Source: Malacoraja senta (taxonomy: Eukaryota). From it: a stretch of 64,000 bases of DNA. Below the pieces are notes generated by a model. It was not told the origin of the DNA, did no database searches, and worked only from the letters and a program-made list of their open reading frames with translations. Shown one piece after another: positions 37,926 through 49,490 of this stretch. The stretch lies in the NCBI GenBank assembly GCA_038087875.1, contig CM075992.1:12154001-12218000 (forward strand), given 5' to 3'. Position 1 is the stretch's first letter. Every line of letters begins with the position of its first letter. The position numbers were made by a program, and so were the translations under genes.

Positions 37926-39830
37926 CAGAACCTCCAGGGGGGTCTTGGTGTGGTACAAAGAAGAACTAGACAGTCACATTACATCAATAAAACAGGGGAA
38001 ATCACATATATGGTTGAAACAAGATAAAACAAATGGTATAACTGGAAAAGATATATATCTATGTGCCGCCTACATACCACCAATAGAATCGCCATATTTT
38101 GAAGAGGATATATTTGAAACTCTCCACATGGAAATCAATCATTTCCAGGCCCAGGGAAATGTGCTACTATGTGGAGACCTGAATGCAAGGACCGGATGTG
38201 AACCCGATTCCATAGACCCACAGGGCAACAACCATGTGTTTGGTCAAACCCCCTTGTATGTCACACCAACTATCATTAACCGGAACGACCTTGACTGTGA
38301 AATAAATAAAAGTGGTAGAGAGGTGGTGCATCTCTGTCGAGCCTTGGGCCTGTACATAGTTAATGGTAGGTTCAGAGGGGACTCGATGGGAAGGTTTACA
38401 TATTCCTCAGCTCTTGGGTCTAGCGTGGTAGACTACACAATTACTGACATGGACCCCTGCACTATCAGTGCATTCACTGTTAGGCAGCAGTCCCCTCTCT
38501 CAGACCATGGTCAAATCAATGTGTACCTAAAATTTCCTGTTCAAACTAAAGACGTAAAAAAGGAACCCAGTAAGCTGTATAAACTAAATCCGACTTACAG
38601 ATGGGCTTCAGATAGTGGAGATAAATTCATCATGGCTCTGAACTCACCTGATCTCACAAATAAAATACTGAAATTCAAGACAAACCCATATGAGACTACT
38701 AGAGATGGTGTAAACATGGCTATAAATGATATTAATATGATCTTTCACAAGGCAGCTATCAAAGCTGACCTTGTGAAACAGAAGAGAAAAATTATCAAAA
38801 AACACAACCATGAAAAATGGTTCGACCATGAGTGTAAAAATGTCAGAAAAGATCTGAGGAAAATATCGAACCAAAAACATCGTCAACCAAACAATCCAGA
38901 CTTACGTATTAGATATAATGAAACTCTTAAAAGGTATAAACACACTATTAGGAACAAAAGACAAAATTACACTCATAAAAGACTTGAAGAAATTGAAAAC
39001 TCCATAAATCAAAACCAATTTTGGGATAATTGGAATAACCTGAGCACAACAAAACTACAAACATTACCAATTCAAGTCGGCGATATCTAGAGAGCACATT
39101 TCAAAAATCTATATAAAGACATCCCAATAAATAAAATAAACTCAAATTATTCTCCTATCAAAGAAAAACTCCAAACACTAGAAACAATAATTAAAGATTA
39201 TCAATTCCCTCTTGATTTCCCAATTACTTTGGAAGAATTGACCACAAAAATAAAATCTGTTAAAATATTTGAGTGTAATCCAGCCTATTGCGCTTTATAG
39301 TAGTGAAGTATGGGTGAAGTATCAGTCACCATAGTTATAGTAAATGGGAAAAACATACAACGGAGGCCCTGCATGCGGAATTTTGTCAGAACATCCTCCG
39401 TATCCAAAGGAAAACACCAACAAACGCATGTAGGGCGGAATTAGGCAGATACCCACTGATAATAAATATCCAGAAAAGAGCACTAAATTTTCGGAATCAC
39501 GTTAAATCTAGCCCCCCCCCGGATACACTCCAGTTTAAAGCTTTTAAAACACAAGAGGGGAGCCCAGAAAAGAGTTCCCTGTGTCAGCTGGTACTGAGAC
39601 TAACTACCCCTATTCAGTTAAACCCTGACCAGCCTCAGATCAATACTGATCCCCAATCACCAGTTAGAGTGAACCAAATTATTAAACATTGTAAAGAAAC
39701 GTATTTGGAACATTGGGATAAAGAAACCAAAAGCCAAAGCAGATTAGAATGTTACCGTGCCCTAAAAAGAGATTATAAATTGGCAGAATATCTCTCAACT
39801 GTTAGAGACATAAAGCAGAGACAGACCCTC
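37926..39830 (+). mobile_element. Non-LTR retrotransposon, RTE-X-like: APE endonuclease and C-terminal region, RT core deleted
   Basis: GGVLVWYK, LCAAYIPP, LLCGDLNARTG, VVDY, SDH; C-terminal CRAELGRYPL and EYLSTVRDIKQRQTL; deletion junction at ~39260. Confidence 0.75.
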
Positions 39831-41720
39831 CTTTTTTGTTCTAGGAAAAATATTTGACACAAACTGATGGTGTTGTTCTACTGACCTTTCTATTACCCCT
39901 TTTCCACATAAAATGTTCAATTCTCCCTTGATCAACATTCTCTTCCTTTGAGAAAATCCGTGACCAGTTTGAATTATGCTGAATTGGAGGATCCAAACGT
40001 GGAGAGAACTCAATTTTGAATCCTACAATGCTACATAGAATAAATGAATCATTTGTTATTGATTGCCATTCTTTTAGGAAGAATCATAACCTTCCCCCTA
40101 TTTGTGAGTGTGAAACATTTGTTGTGTTTCTTACCAGACCAAGCCCCCCTACCTCGGGGTTTGCCACCGGCAATTGTTGTCCCCTTCTAGTAGGCACATT
40201 GTAACCTCCACGTATCCTCGGTGCAGCACGTCAACGTGTATACGAGAATGATAGGCTTGTTCCTTCTCCAGCACCAGCATTTCGCCTGTAGGCATACTGC
40301 CTTCGCACCGCTCTGCTCAGCATAGGTGACTTCATTATCATACCACTCATGGTCTTTGAATCTTCATTTAAGTCCTTTAGCTTCTTTGCTAGATTTTCTC
40401 CAAAAAGCAGATTTAGGCATTTGTATATTGGATGGTTTGCAGAGCCTGCATACTTAGGATGAATATTTGGTCTTATTGCATTTTTACGAATTCAATTTAT
40501 TTCAAAGTGCGCACTACACATGAGTGCTAAGGCATCTTGTTGTGAATCCGATATAAAATCTTCATCCAATCCCACTGGCAAATGCTGTAATGCCTGACCC
40601 CAGCAATTTCAGCACTCGTTGTAATTTCAATTCTTGTGAACGTAAACCAATGTTCAAATAACCCACATCAAGTTATTCACTGCTGGAACTGCTAGCAATT
40701 CACAATTTTCCGGGGTCTCATACTTTTTGATAGTCTCATCCATAGTTAATTCCTGGGGCTGATGGGAGAGTAGATAATTTATAGTCATAGCTATTTCCTC
40801 TCTCAAAGGTTCCCCTGTTACTCTGGGAACAGCAAACTTTTGTGCCAGCCCTGGAACATTTTAGCTGGCGCTGGCTCAATTCTAGGCCAACGCCTCAATA
40901 TTTTTTCTCTTTATATTGTCGGTGCTGGCACATGTGTCATTGCACGTTTGTGCTGCCTTTGTTCAGGCATTTCTAGTACTGGCTCTCCAATAGGCCAACA
41001 CATATATTGCCTTTTTTCTGGCATTTTGGGCACTGGCTCTCCTGTAGGCCAACCACTGTAATGTTTCTGCACAGGCATTTCTGATGGCTCTTCTGTAGGC
41101 CACCCTTGTGCCTGTCCCACCCAAGGCACCCCCTGTGCTATATCCTCCATTGGCCAACACCGACTTAAATCCTCCTGTGGGGGTTCTTTATAAATCATCT
41201 TCCCCATCAGGAGTTCTAAAGTTGCGACCCTTGCAGTGCAATATTCTTTCCTGCCTGAGGAGGGTATACCTGCGGGTCTGACTCATCCGAGTCTACAGGT
41301 CGGGCCGACTTTCGTCCAGCCTTGCGCCCCGCCGCCGGTGGTTTAATGGCACACTCGACCGCAACGGGAGTTAATGGCTTCACTGACACTGACTCCTCTG
41401 ACTGACGCCCGCTACCCTTAGGATCTGGGGTTTTACCTGCGGTGCGTCCCTGGCCGCCTCTCCTTCCCCTATGCCCTTTTTCCATAATAAACTTGTGTGG
41501 AGCTCCACCAACAAGTCTGAACGGGAAGGAAACGCTCCTGTAAGTGAAAGTAAACCCACTTACCTTCCGACTTTTGCTTTACTTTTGCTTTACTCACCGC
41601 TCGGAGGAGCTCCTGCTCCTCCACACATGGTCATGAACGCTATGCGTCTGATCGATATGACGCATGTGTGGCTGGACGGGGCTTCTTCACGTAGTCACTC
41701 ACGTGACTCCGAAGTAAAAT
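39828..41720 (-). mobile_element. 5' half of a DIRS1 element (gag and start of RT)
   Basis: KGVIERSVEQHHQFVSNIFPRTKK; gag HFEIN..R.NAIRP; terminus cttcacgtagtcactcacgtgactccgaagtaaaat at 41685-41720. Confidence 0.85.
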
Positions 41721-44219
41721 GAATATTCTCGTCCAGATGGATTTTCTATTCTCCAGACATATTTGATATTGGTCGTATTAATGTATGAATTTAATAATTA
41801 ACTTGCATTGGATTTTATTTTCCTTTGTCTTGATGATCTAACTAGGTAAGAATCTAATGTACAATTTAAGTCTCCACCAATTATCAAATTAAATTGTGTA
41901 AGTTCCGGAATAGTATTAAGTATTTTCTTGAAGAACAATGGGCTGTCAAAATTTGGTCCATAAACGTTAAGGAAATCACTTTTTAAAAATATAATTCACA
42001 CACCAGTATAATATATCTACCATCAATATCCGCAATAGTTGATATATGTTTAAAAGGTATACCCTTACGGATTAAAATTGCAGCCCCTCTAGACATGAGA
42101 GAATGAGAAGTGATATGTTTTGGCAATCCATTTTGCTTTCAATCTATGTTGCGCTTCATTTTTAAGATGAGTTTCTTGAAGAAACATTGTATCAGCTTTG
42201 AGTGATTTTAAGTGTGCTAATAATTTACCTCTCTTGATTGGTTCGTTAATACCCTTGACATTCCAACTACAAAATGTAATTCCTTCACCCTCAACTTTCA
42301 TATTAACGTCTTGCCTCTTATGGGTAGGGTGGTCTATAAAAGAGCAAGTGGTTCAACACACTAAATCCGACAGTCCACTCGAACACAGGATAGATGAATT
42401 TTAGATTTAATAAGTCTTCATCGCGAACATATCTCCTTAAAAAAAACTTATAATTAAATTTAATATTTAAGTTGTAATTAAGAAAAAAGTAAAAAAAGTA
42501 GAAAAATAGATGGTTAGAAGAGTGCAAAGAAAGGAAAAAGCTATATCTACAATCAGTGTAGTTAGTGATAGCTACACTAGCGTGGCTTACCGTATAAAGA
42601 CTTCCGTAGCCCTATAAAAAAATAATACTAGCTCCATTCTTTAATAAAAAAGAAAATTTCAATAAAAGCAATTTATAAAAGGGAGGAGGGGTAAAACATT
42701 TTTAGTTCCAAAGAATTTGTAATCCAGTAGTAGGAATTTTTATTCTCCTAAAAAATATTAGTCAAATATTAGTCAAATATAAAAAAACAAATTTTATTTA
42801 TAAAATACCTAAATCAAACATTATTTACAGTTCTTATTTTTAACTAATTCTAAGAATTTCTTGTTAATAATAGTTAGTAATAATTAGTAGTGATTAGTAC
42901 TAATTAATAAAGGTTGTAAATCAATAGCAAGATAACTTGCTCGACTATCATTATCAACTATCATTAGTCCTTGAGTATAACAATTTAAAGTTCCATTTGT
43001 TCTCTGCAAGGTGATGACACCATGGAGATAATGTTCAATCCTCCATCGATTTCTCAATATCCTGGGCGAACTCCAGTGCTTTCTTGTAATCGGTGAAGAA
43101 GTGTTCCTTCCGCTTGTAGGCGACTCACGGTTTTGCTGGGTACATCAGTCCATATTTCAAATTTGGTATCTTCTTAAGGATTCCTCCTGTCTCATTGAAA
43201 AGCGCTCATCTCTTGACGACCTCTGCAGGATAGTCTCTGCAAATACTGATCCTGTAGCCTTCAAATGAAAGATTTCTGTTCCCAGCAATTTTTGTCAAGA
43301 TGTCTTCCAAAACATGGTCATATTGCAACTTCAGTATCAGTTGTCTTTGGGGGGGGGGGGGGGTGCTAGCACTCGGACGAGGTCTCAATGCTCTGTGTGC
43401 CTGACCTAGTAGAGGCTTTTTATCTAAATTTAAAACTTTTTGTAAAAGATCTGCAGCAAAGTCACGGAGGTTTTTATTTCCCTCTTTAACACCCACAATT
43501 CTTAGATTCTGGCGATTCTGACGTCCCTCCAAGTCAATACATTTTTCAGTCACTTTATTCAATAAATCTGTTAAACGCTTAGTCTCGGAGAGAATTCTTT
43601 TTGTAGTTTCAGCACTTGTATCGGCAATTGTCTCTAACTCAGTTATAGCTGCAGTGTGCTGATTTACTGTATCGATAATGGGATCCAACCTAGAGTTAAA
43701 GTTAGATTCCATCAAATTAAGTTTAACGTTTACCTCTTCCATTTGTTGATTTAATTTTTCAGACATTTCTTCCTTCCAGGTAAACAATTCTTCTCGAACA
43801 GTCTGAACCGAGGCTGAAATTTCTTCTTTGAAGTTTTTCAGTTCTTCTTTTATACTTGAGATTTCTCTTGAAATAAAAGTACGAAGGTCCTACATTTCAG
43901 TTTTTTTAGTCTTTGTCTTCTGGACCTGTTTTGAAACTTCCTCTTGGGACGACGCTGAAATTGAGCCCGAGGCTTCACTCGGGTCTAATTCTTCCACCGG
44001 TAACTTAGCCCTACCGGGTTTCTTTGCCTGTCCTTTTGGGGGAGTGCGTTGAATCGGCATTAAACCACCGAAGTCGCGGTCTGATGATGTCACTCACCCT
44101 CGACACAGGCTGCCGGTACGTTTTCAGCAGGTCTGTCTCATTTTTCTCCCTTTTTTTTTTTGATTCAGCAAGGAGCTAGCTGGCGCATGTTTTTACTGCA
44201 GCATAGCGCCACCGGAAGT
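41721..44219 (-). mobile_element. L1 5' portion: 5' UTR, ORF1, inter-ORF spacer and ORF2 endonuclease
   Basis: Starts acttccggtggcg; ORF1 coiled-coil plus DLEGRQNRQNLRIVGVKEG and AHRAL; ORF2 SWNVKGIN..FLQETH, GGDLN. Confidence 0.9.
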
Positions 44220-44720
44220 AAACTAAACTAAGATAATCTTAACTAAACTAAACTAAACTAATCTAATCTAAACTAAACTAATCTTAATTAAACTAATCTA
44301 ATCTTAACTAAAGTAAACTAATCTAATCTAAAGCAAACTAAAATAATCTTAACTAAACTAAACTAATCTAATCTAATCTAAACAAAATTAAGTTAAGATA
44401 ACCTTAACTAAACTAATATAATCTAAACTAATCTAATCTAATCTAATTTAAACTAAACTAAACTAAGATAATCTTAACTAAATTAAACTAAGAAACTAAA
44501 ATGAAACAAACTAAGATAAACTCCTAAACTAATCTAAACTAATACGATATGAAATGATACAATAAAACGTTATTCACCCTCGGAGGGAAGTTGGTAATCT
44601 ATAAACTAATCTAAACTAAACTAAAATAAACTAAGCTAAATTGAGTTAAGTTAAGCAAATCAAAGCTAAACTAAACTAAACTAAACTAAACAAAGCTAAA
44701 CTAAGATAACGGAAGATAAA
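44220..44720. repeat. Degenerate (CTAAA/CTAAT)n pentanucleotide microsatellite
   Basis: aactaaactaatctaatctaaact.. over ~500 bp; same unit as the V-SINE tails. Confidence 0.9.
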
Positions 44721-44775
44721 CTTGGATAAAGTAAAGCTGTGTGTGGACAGACGGTTTGTGTTGTGTGTGTTCCAG

Positions 44776-44970
44776 GATGAAGTTGCTCTCAGCATTATCA
44801 TGGTGGTCGGGATGAGTGTGTCAATCGTGTGCCTGGCAGCGGCCATCGCCACCTTCTCCCTGTGCCGCTCGGTGCCGCTGGAGACCCGGGCCATTCACAC
44901 CAACCTCTGCCTCAGCCTCCTCCTGGCAGAGCTCCTCTTTGTCACCGGCTTCTCCAGCACCTCCCACCAG
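44776..44970 (+). CDS. Adhesion GPCR (ADGRE-like) exon encoding TM1-TM2
   Basis: ttccag|DEVALSIIMVVGMSVSIVCLAAAIATFSLCRSVPLETRAIHTNLCLSLLLAELLFVTGFSSTSHQ|gtgagg; 195 bp, phase 0-0; IHxNLC motif. Confidence 0.95.
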
Positions 44971-45099
44971 GTGAGGCAGCACAGTGCACCTGCTACCTCC
45001 CACCAGGTGAGGCAGTTGAGCACACCTCCCAGCAGGTCAGGCAGCACAGCACATCTGCAGCCTCACCACCAGAGGGATACTGGCCACTGCACTGAGGCC

Positions 45100-45540
45100 T
45101 GGGGCAGGGGCTGTCTGGGGAGGGGGTGTCTAGACTGGGGGTTCTGGGGAGGAAATGGCTGTGGAGGAGTGTCAGGACATGGGGTGTCTAGACTGGGGGT
45201 GTCTAGATGGTGAGAGTATGGACATGGGGTGTCTAGACAGAGGACTCTGGGGAGGGGGTGTCCAGACAGTCGTGCGTCTAGACAAGGACTGTCTGTTTAA
45301 GGACTGTCAAGACAAGGGGTGTCGGGATAGGGGTATCTAGACCCCTGCTGTCTGGACACCCACTGTCTGGAGATGGGCTGTCTGGTCAGGGGGTGTCTAG
45401 ACAGGAGCCGTATGGATGGGAGGTATCTGGACACCAGCTCTCTAGACGAGAACTGTTTAGAGAGGGGGAATTTAGACATGGGGTGGCTAGACAAAGGCTG
45501 TCTGGGCACAGGGAGGGGGGGGCATCTACAGAAGGGGTGA
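45100..45540. repeat. Degenerate G-rich minisatellite (core ggggtgtctagac)
   Basis: Many imperfect tgtctagac/tctggac units. Confidence 0.75.
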
Positions 45541-46489
45541 GGTCAGAGTGGAACAGCATCTGCAGTTCCTTGCGTCTAAACTAGACTCATCTAAATCTCA
45601 GGCATGGGTGTTAAAGGGTATATTGTTGGCGCAAAGCAATGGTTCGATGTTGATGGGAGGGTGGGCTATGAAGAGAGGATAGAAACAGAAATATAGACAA
45701 TAGGTGCAGGAGTAGGCCATTCAGCCCTTCGAGCCAGCACCGCCATTCAATATGATCATGGCTGATCATCCACAATCAGTACTCCGTTCCTGCTTTTTCC
45801 CCATATCCCTTGATTCCGTTAGCCCTAAGAGCTAAATCTAACTCTCTCTTGAAAACATCCAGTGAATTGGCCCCCACTGCCTTCTGGGTGAAACAACTTC
45901 ACAACTCTCTGGGTGAAAAGAGCGGCGTACGTTCTCCCCGTGACCTGCGTGGGTTTTCTCCAAGATCTTCGGTTTCCTCCCACATTCCAAAGACGTACAG
46001 ATTTGTAGTTTAATTGGCTTGGTATAAAAATGTCAAATTGTCCCTAGTTTGTGTAGGATAGTGTTAGTGTGCGGAGATCGCTGGTCGGCGCGGATTCAGT
46101 GGGCCGAAGGGCCTGTTTCCGCTCTGTATCTCTAAACTCAACTGATCCAAAAAGAGTTGGAGGAGGGAACTGCAGATGCTGGTTTACATCGAAGACACAA
46201 AATGCCGGAGTAACTCAGTGGGACAGGCAGCATCTCGGGAGGGAAGGGATGGGTGACGTTGCGGGTCGAGACCCTTCTTCACACTCAATTCTGTTGTCTT
46301 CGGTCTGAAGAAGGGTCCCGACCCGAAACATCACCCATTCCTTCTCTCCGGAGATGCTGCCTGTCCCGCTGAGTTACTCCGGCATTTTGTGTCCATCAAA
46401 ACTAACACGAGAGGTGGGGGCAGGACAGAGGGGGGTAAGTGATGGGTGGATACAGTGGCTGAACCTAGCTCCCGTTCTCTGTTGCCCAG

Positions 46490-46725
46490 GTTGTGTGTGC
46501 GCTGATTGCTGCCTCCCTACACTACCTCTTCCTGGCTGCCTTTGCCTGGATGTTTCTGGAGGGGCTGCAGTTCTTCCTGGTCACCAGGGAGCTGGGCAGG
46601 TTGAAGGTGCCAGGCGCAGGCACCCTGGGCATCGGACACCTCTACCTGCTGGGGTACCTGCCGCCGGCACTGGTGGTGGGCATCACCGCCGCGGTACACC
46701 ACCGCGGCTACGGATCACCACGATA
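46490..46725 (+). CDS. Adhesion GPCR exon encoding TM3-TM4
   Basis: gcccag|VVCALIAASLHYLFLAAFAWMFLEGLQFFL..LGYLPPALVVGITAAVHHRGYGSPR ta|gtgagt; 236 bp, phase 0-2. Confidence 0.96.
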
Positions 46726-48166
46726 GTGAGTGGGGGAGGGGGCGACCAAACGGCACGACACTGATCTTGGGATGGGGAGGGGGAGAGGGATAGAGTAGGG
46801 GAACGGGAGGGGGATAGAGTAGGGGAAGGGGAGTGAAGACAGGAGGAGGGGATGAAAGGAGGGGGTGGGGAGGTGACGGGGAAGGGAAGAGGGGGGAGAA
46901 GGGGGAATAGAGTGGGGAAGGGAGGGGGAAAGGAGGGGCAGAGGAGGGGAGAAGGGAGAGGGGGCAGGGTTTGTACCCTCTCCCTGTGACCACGTGGGTT
47001 TTCTCCGGGTGCTACGGTTTCCTCCCACACTCCAAAGACGTATGGGTTGGTGAGTTAATTGGCTTCGGTAAATCGTCGCTAGTGTGTGTGTGTGATGGTG
47101 TTGGTGTGCGTGCATCGTTGGTCGGCGCGGACTCAGTGGGCCGAAGGGCGGGTTTCCACGCTGTGTCACTAAGGGAAAGGGAGAAATGGTGGAAATCCAG
47201 GAGGGGCCCAGGGAAGAGAGGGGGCGGGACAATATATAAAACAAGAGAGGGGCCGGTGAACAGGCAGATGGGCGGGCAATGGCCAGAGTTGATAAGATTA
47301 AAGGTTGGGAGATAAGAAGAGCAGAGATGAGAATTGTGAGGCCAGAGGAAGGAATGGAGTGGCGTGGGTTGGGCATAGGGGAAAGGGGGTAGACATTGGG
47401 ATAAATGGGTTCACATCCAAATGGGGCACAGGGAAGATTCTTGATTAGTACAGGTGTCAGAGAAGACAGGAGAATGGGGTTAGGAGAGAGTGATAGATCA
47501 GCCATGATTGGATGGCAGGGTAGACATGATGGGCCGAATGGCTACAATTCCTTATGGCCTTATGAAGAGAGGGGAGGGGGATAAAAAGTGGGGGGGAGGG
47601 GAAATGTTTGTTGGTTAGTTACTCCAAATGGTAGAGTTCACTGATTTTAGAGATCAATAATCATAGTCATAGAGTGATACAGTGTGGAAACATGCCCTTC
47701 AGCCCATCTCGCCCACACCGGCCAACAAATGACCCAGCTACACTAGTCCCACCTGATCGCGATTGGTCCATATCCCTCCAAACCTGTCCTATCCATGTAC
47801 CTGTCCAACTGTTCCATAAACATTGGGATAGTCCCAGCCTCAACTACCTCCTCTGGCAGCTTGTTCCATATAGCCACCACCGTCTGTGAGAAAAAGTCAC
47901 CCCTCGGATTGCTAATACATCTTTTCCCCTTCACCTTAAACCTATGTCCTCTGGTCCTCGGTTCCCCTACTCTGGGTACATGACTCTGTGCATCTACCTG
48001 ATCTATTCCTCTCATTGTTGGCCTTTTTGTTGTTGATGAACAGGCCAGATCTTGTGTGGTGTTAATGTTGCCACAGACAGCTTCCTGTTTTGTGCTGGAT
48101 AGAGCAGCAGATTCAGGTTGCGGTGAGTTGGAACGCCCTCTCAGTGTGGCCTCCAGACCTGAGTTT

Positions 48167-48200
48167 AGTCTGAAGAAGGGTCCTGACCCGAAACGTCACC
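48167..48200 (+). ncRNA. Minimal hammerhead ribozyme motif, sense to the GPCR intron
   Basis: agt-CTGAAGA-A-GGGTC-CT-GACCC-GAAA-CG-TC-acc within a ~135-bp Penelope-derived element. Confidence 0.6.
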
Positions 48201-48332
48201 CATTCCTTCTCTCCAGAGATGCTGCCTGTCCCGCTGAGTTACTCCAGCTTTTTTCTGTCAATCTTTGGTGTAAACCAGCATCTGCAGTTCCTTCCTACAC
48301 ATATTTAACCCTGGTTCCTTTTGCCCACTCAG

Positions 48333-48399
48333 CTGCTGGCTGCAGCTGGAGAGAGGATTCATCTGGAGTTTCCTGGGACCCGTCTGCTTCATAATCCTG
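48333..48399 (+). CDS. Adhesion GPCR exon encoding ECL2-TM5 (67 bp, GC donor)
   Basis: cactcag|c CWLQLERGFIWSFLGPVCFIIL|gcaact; phase 2-0; CWL and FIWSFxGP motifs. Confidence 0.92.
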
Positions 48400-48429
48400 G
48401 CAACTCGTCTACTGTTTACTCCATTCACT

Positions 48430-49490
48430 TCTGTTTAGTTTATTGTCGCCTGTACTGAGGTACAATGAAAAGCTTTTGTTGCGTGCTAACCAGTCAGCAG
48501 ATGATTACGATTAATCTATTTACAGCATACATGATAATGGAATAAAGTTTAGTGCAAGGAAAAGCCAGCAAAGTCCGATCAAGGATAGTCCGAGGGTCAC
48601 CAAAGAGGTAGATTGTAGTTCAGGACCACTCTGGTTGTGGTAGGATGGTTCAGTTGTCTGGTAACAGCTGGGTAGAAACTGTCCCTGAATCTGGAGGTTT
48701 GCGTTTTCACACTTCTGTACCTTTTGCCTGATGGGAGAGGGGAGAAGAGTGAGTGGCCGGGGTGCGACTGGGCCTTGATTATGCTGTGTGGGGTGTGTGT
48801 TTGTGTGTGTGCGTATGTGTGTGTGAAAACGTTTGTTTGCATGTGTGTGTATGCGCGCATGTGTGTGTGTGTGTGTGTGTGTGCGTGTGTTTGCGTGTGT
48901 GTGTCTGTGTTTGTGTGTCTGTGTTTGTGTGTGTGTTTGTGTGTGTGTGTGTATGTGTTTGTGTGTGAGCGTATGTGTGTGTGTGTGTGTGCATGTGTGC
49001 GTGCGTGCGTGTGTGTGTGTGTGTGTGCGTATGTGTGTTGGGAGAGGGGAAGAGGGAGTGACCGGGGTGAGACTGGTCCTTGATTATGCTGCTGGCCTTG
49101 CCAAGGCAGCGTGAGGTGTAGATGGAGTCAATGGAAGGGAGGTTGGTTTACTAAAGGAAAGGTATTCCGATTTTGTTGTGCATGAAATAAACAAGGAAGG
49201 AATGGTAGTTGTTCAGCTGTAGTTCACTTGTAGTCTGGGCTGCGTCCACAATTCACTGCAATTTCTAGCGGTCCTGGATGGAGCTGTTCCCAAACCAAGT
49301 TGTGATGCCTCCTGATGAAATACTTTCCAGGGCGCTTCTGTAGAAGTTGGGGAGAGTTATCAAGGACATGTTGAACTTCCTATGCCTTTTAAGCAAATAG
49401 AGGCATTGGTTGGACTGCTTTATTGGTCGTTGCTTCAAAATGGGTGGTCCAAGAGAATTGGTTGGTGATATAATCTCCGAGGAATAATAC
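48430..49490 (-). mobile_element. Rex1/Babar-derived element with an internal (TG)n expansion at 48785-49040
   Basis: HPGHSLFSPLPSGKRYRSVKTQTSRFRDSFYPAV motif; (TAAAC) tail. Confidence 0.75.

Noticed and set aside
48724..49114. Cys/Val- and His/Thr-rich ORFs (also 52166-52546)
   Set aside because: Translations of (TG)n microsatellites
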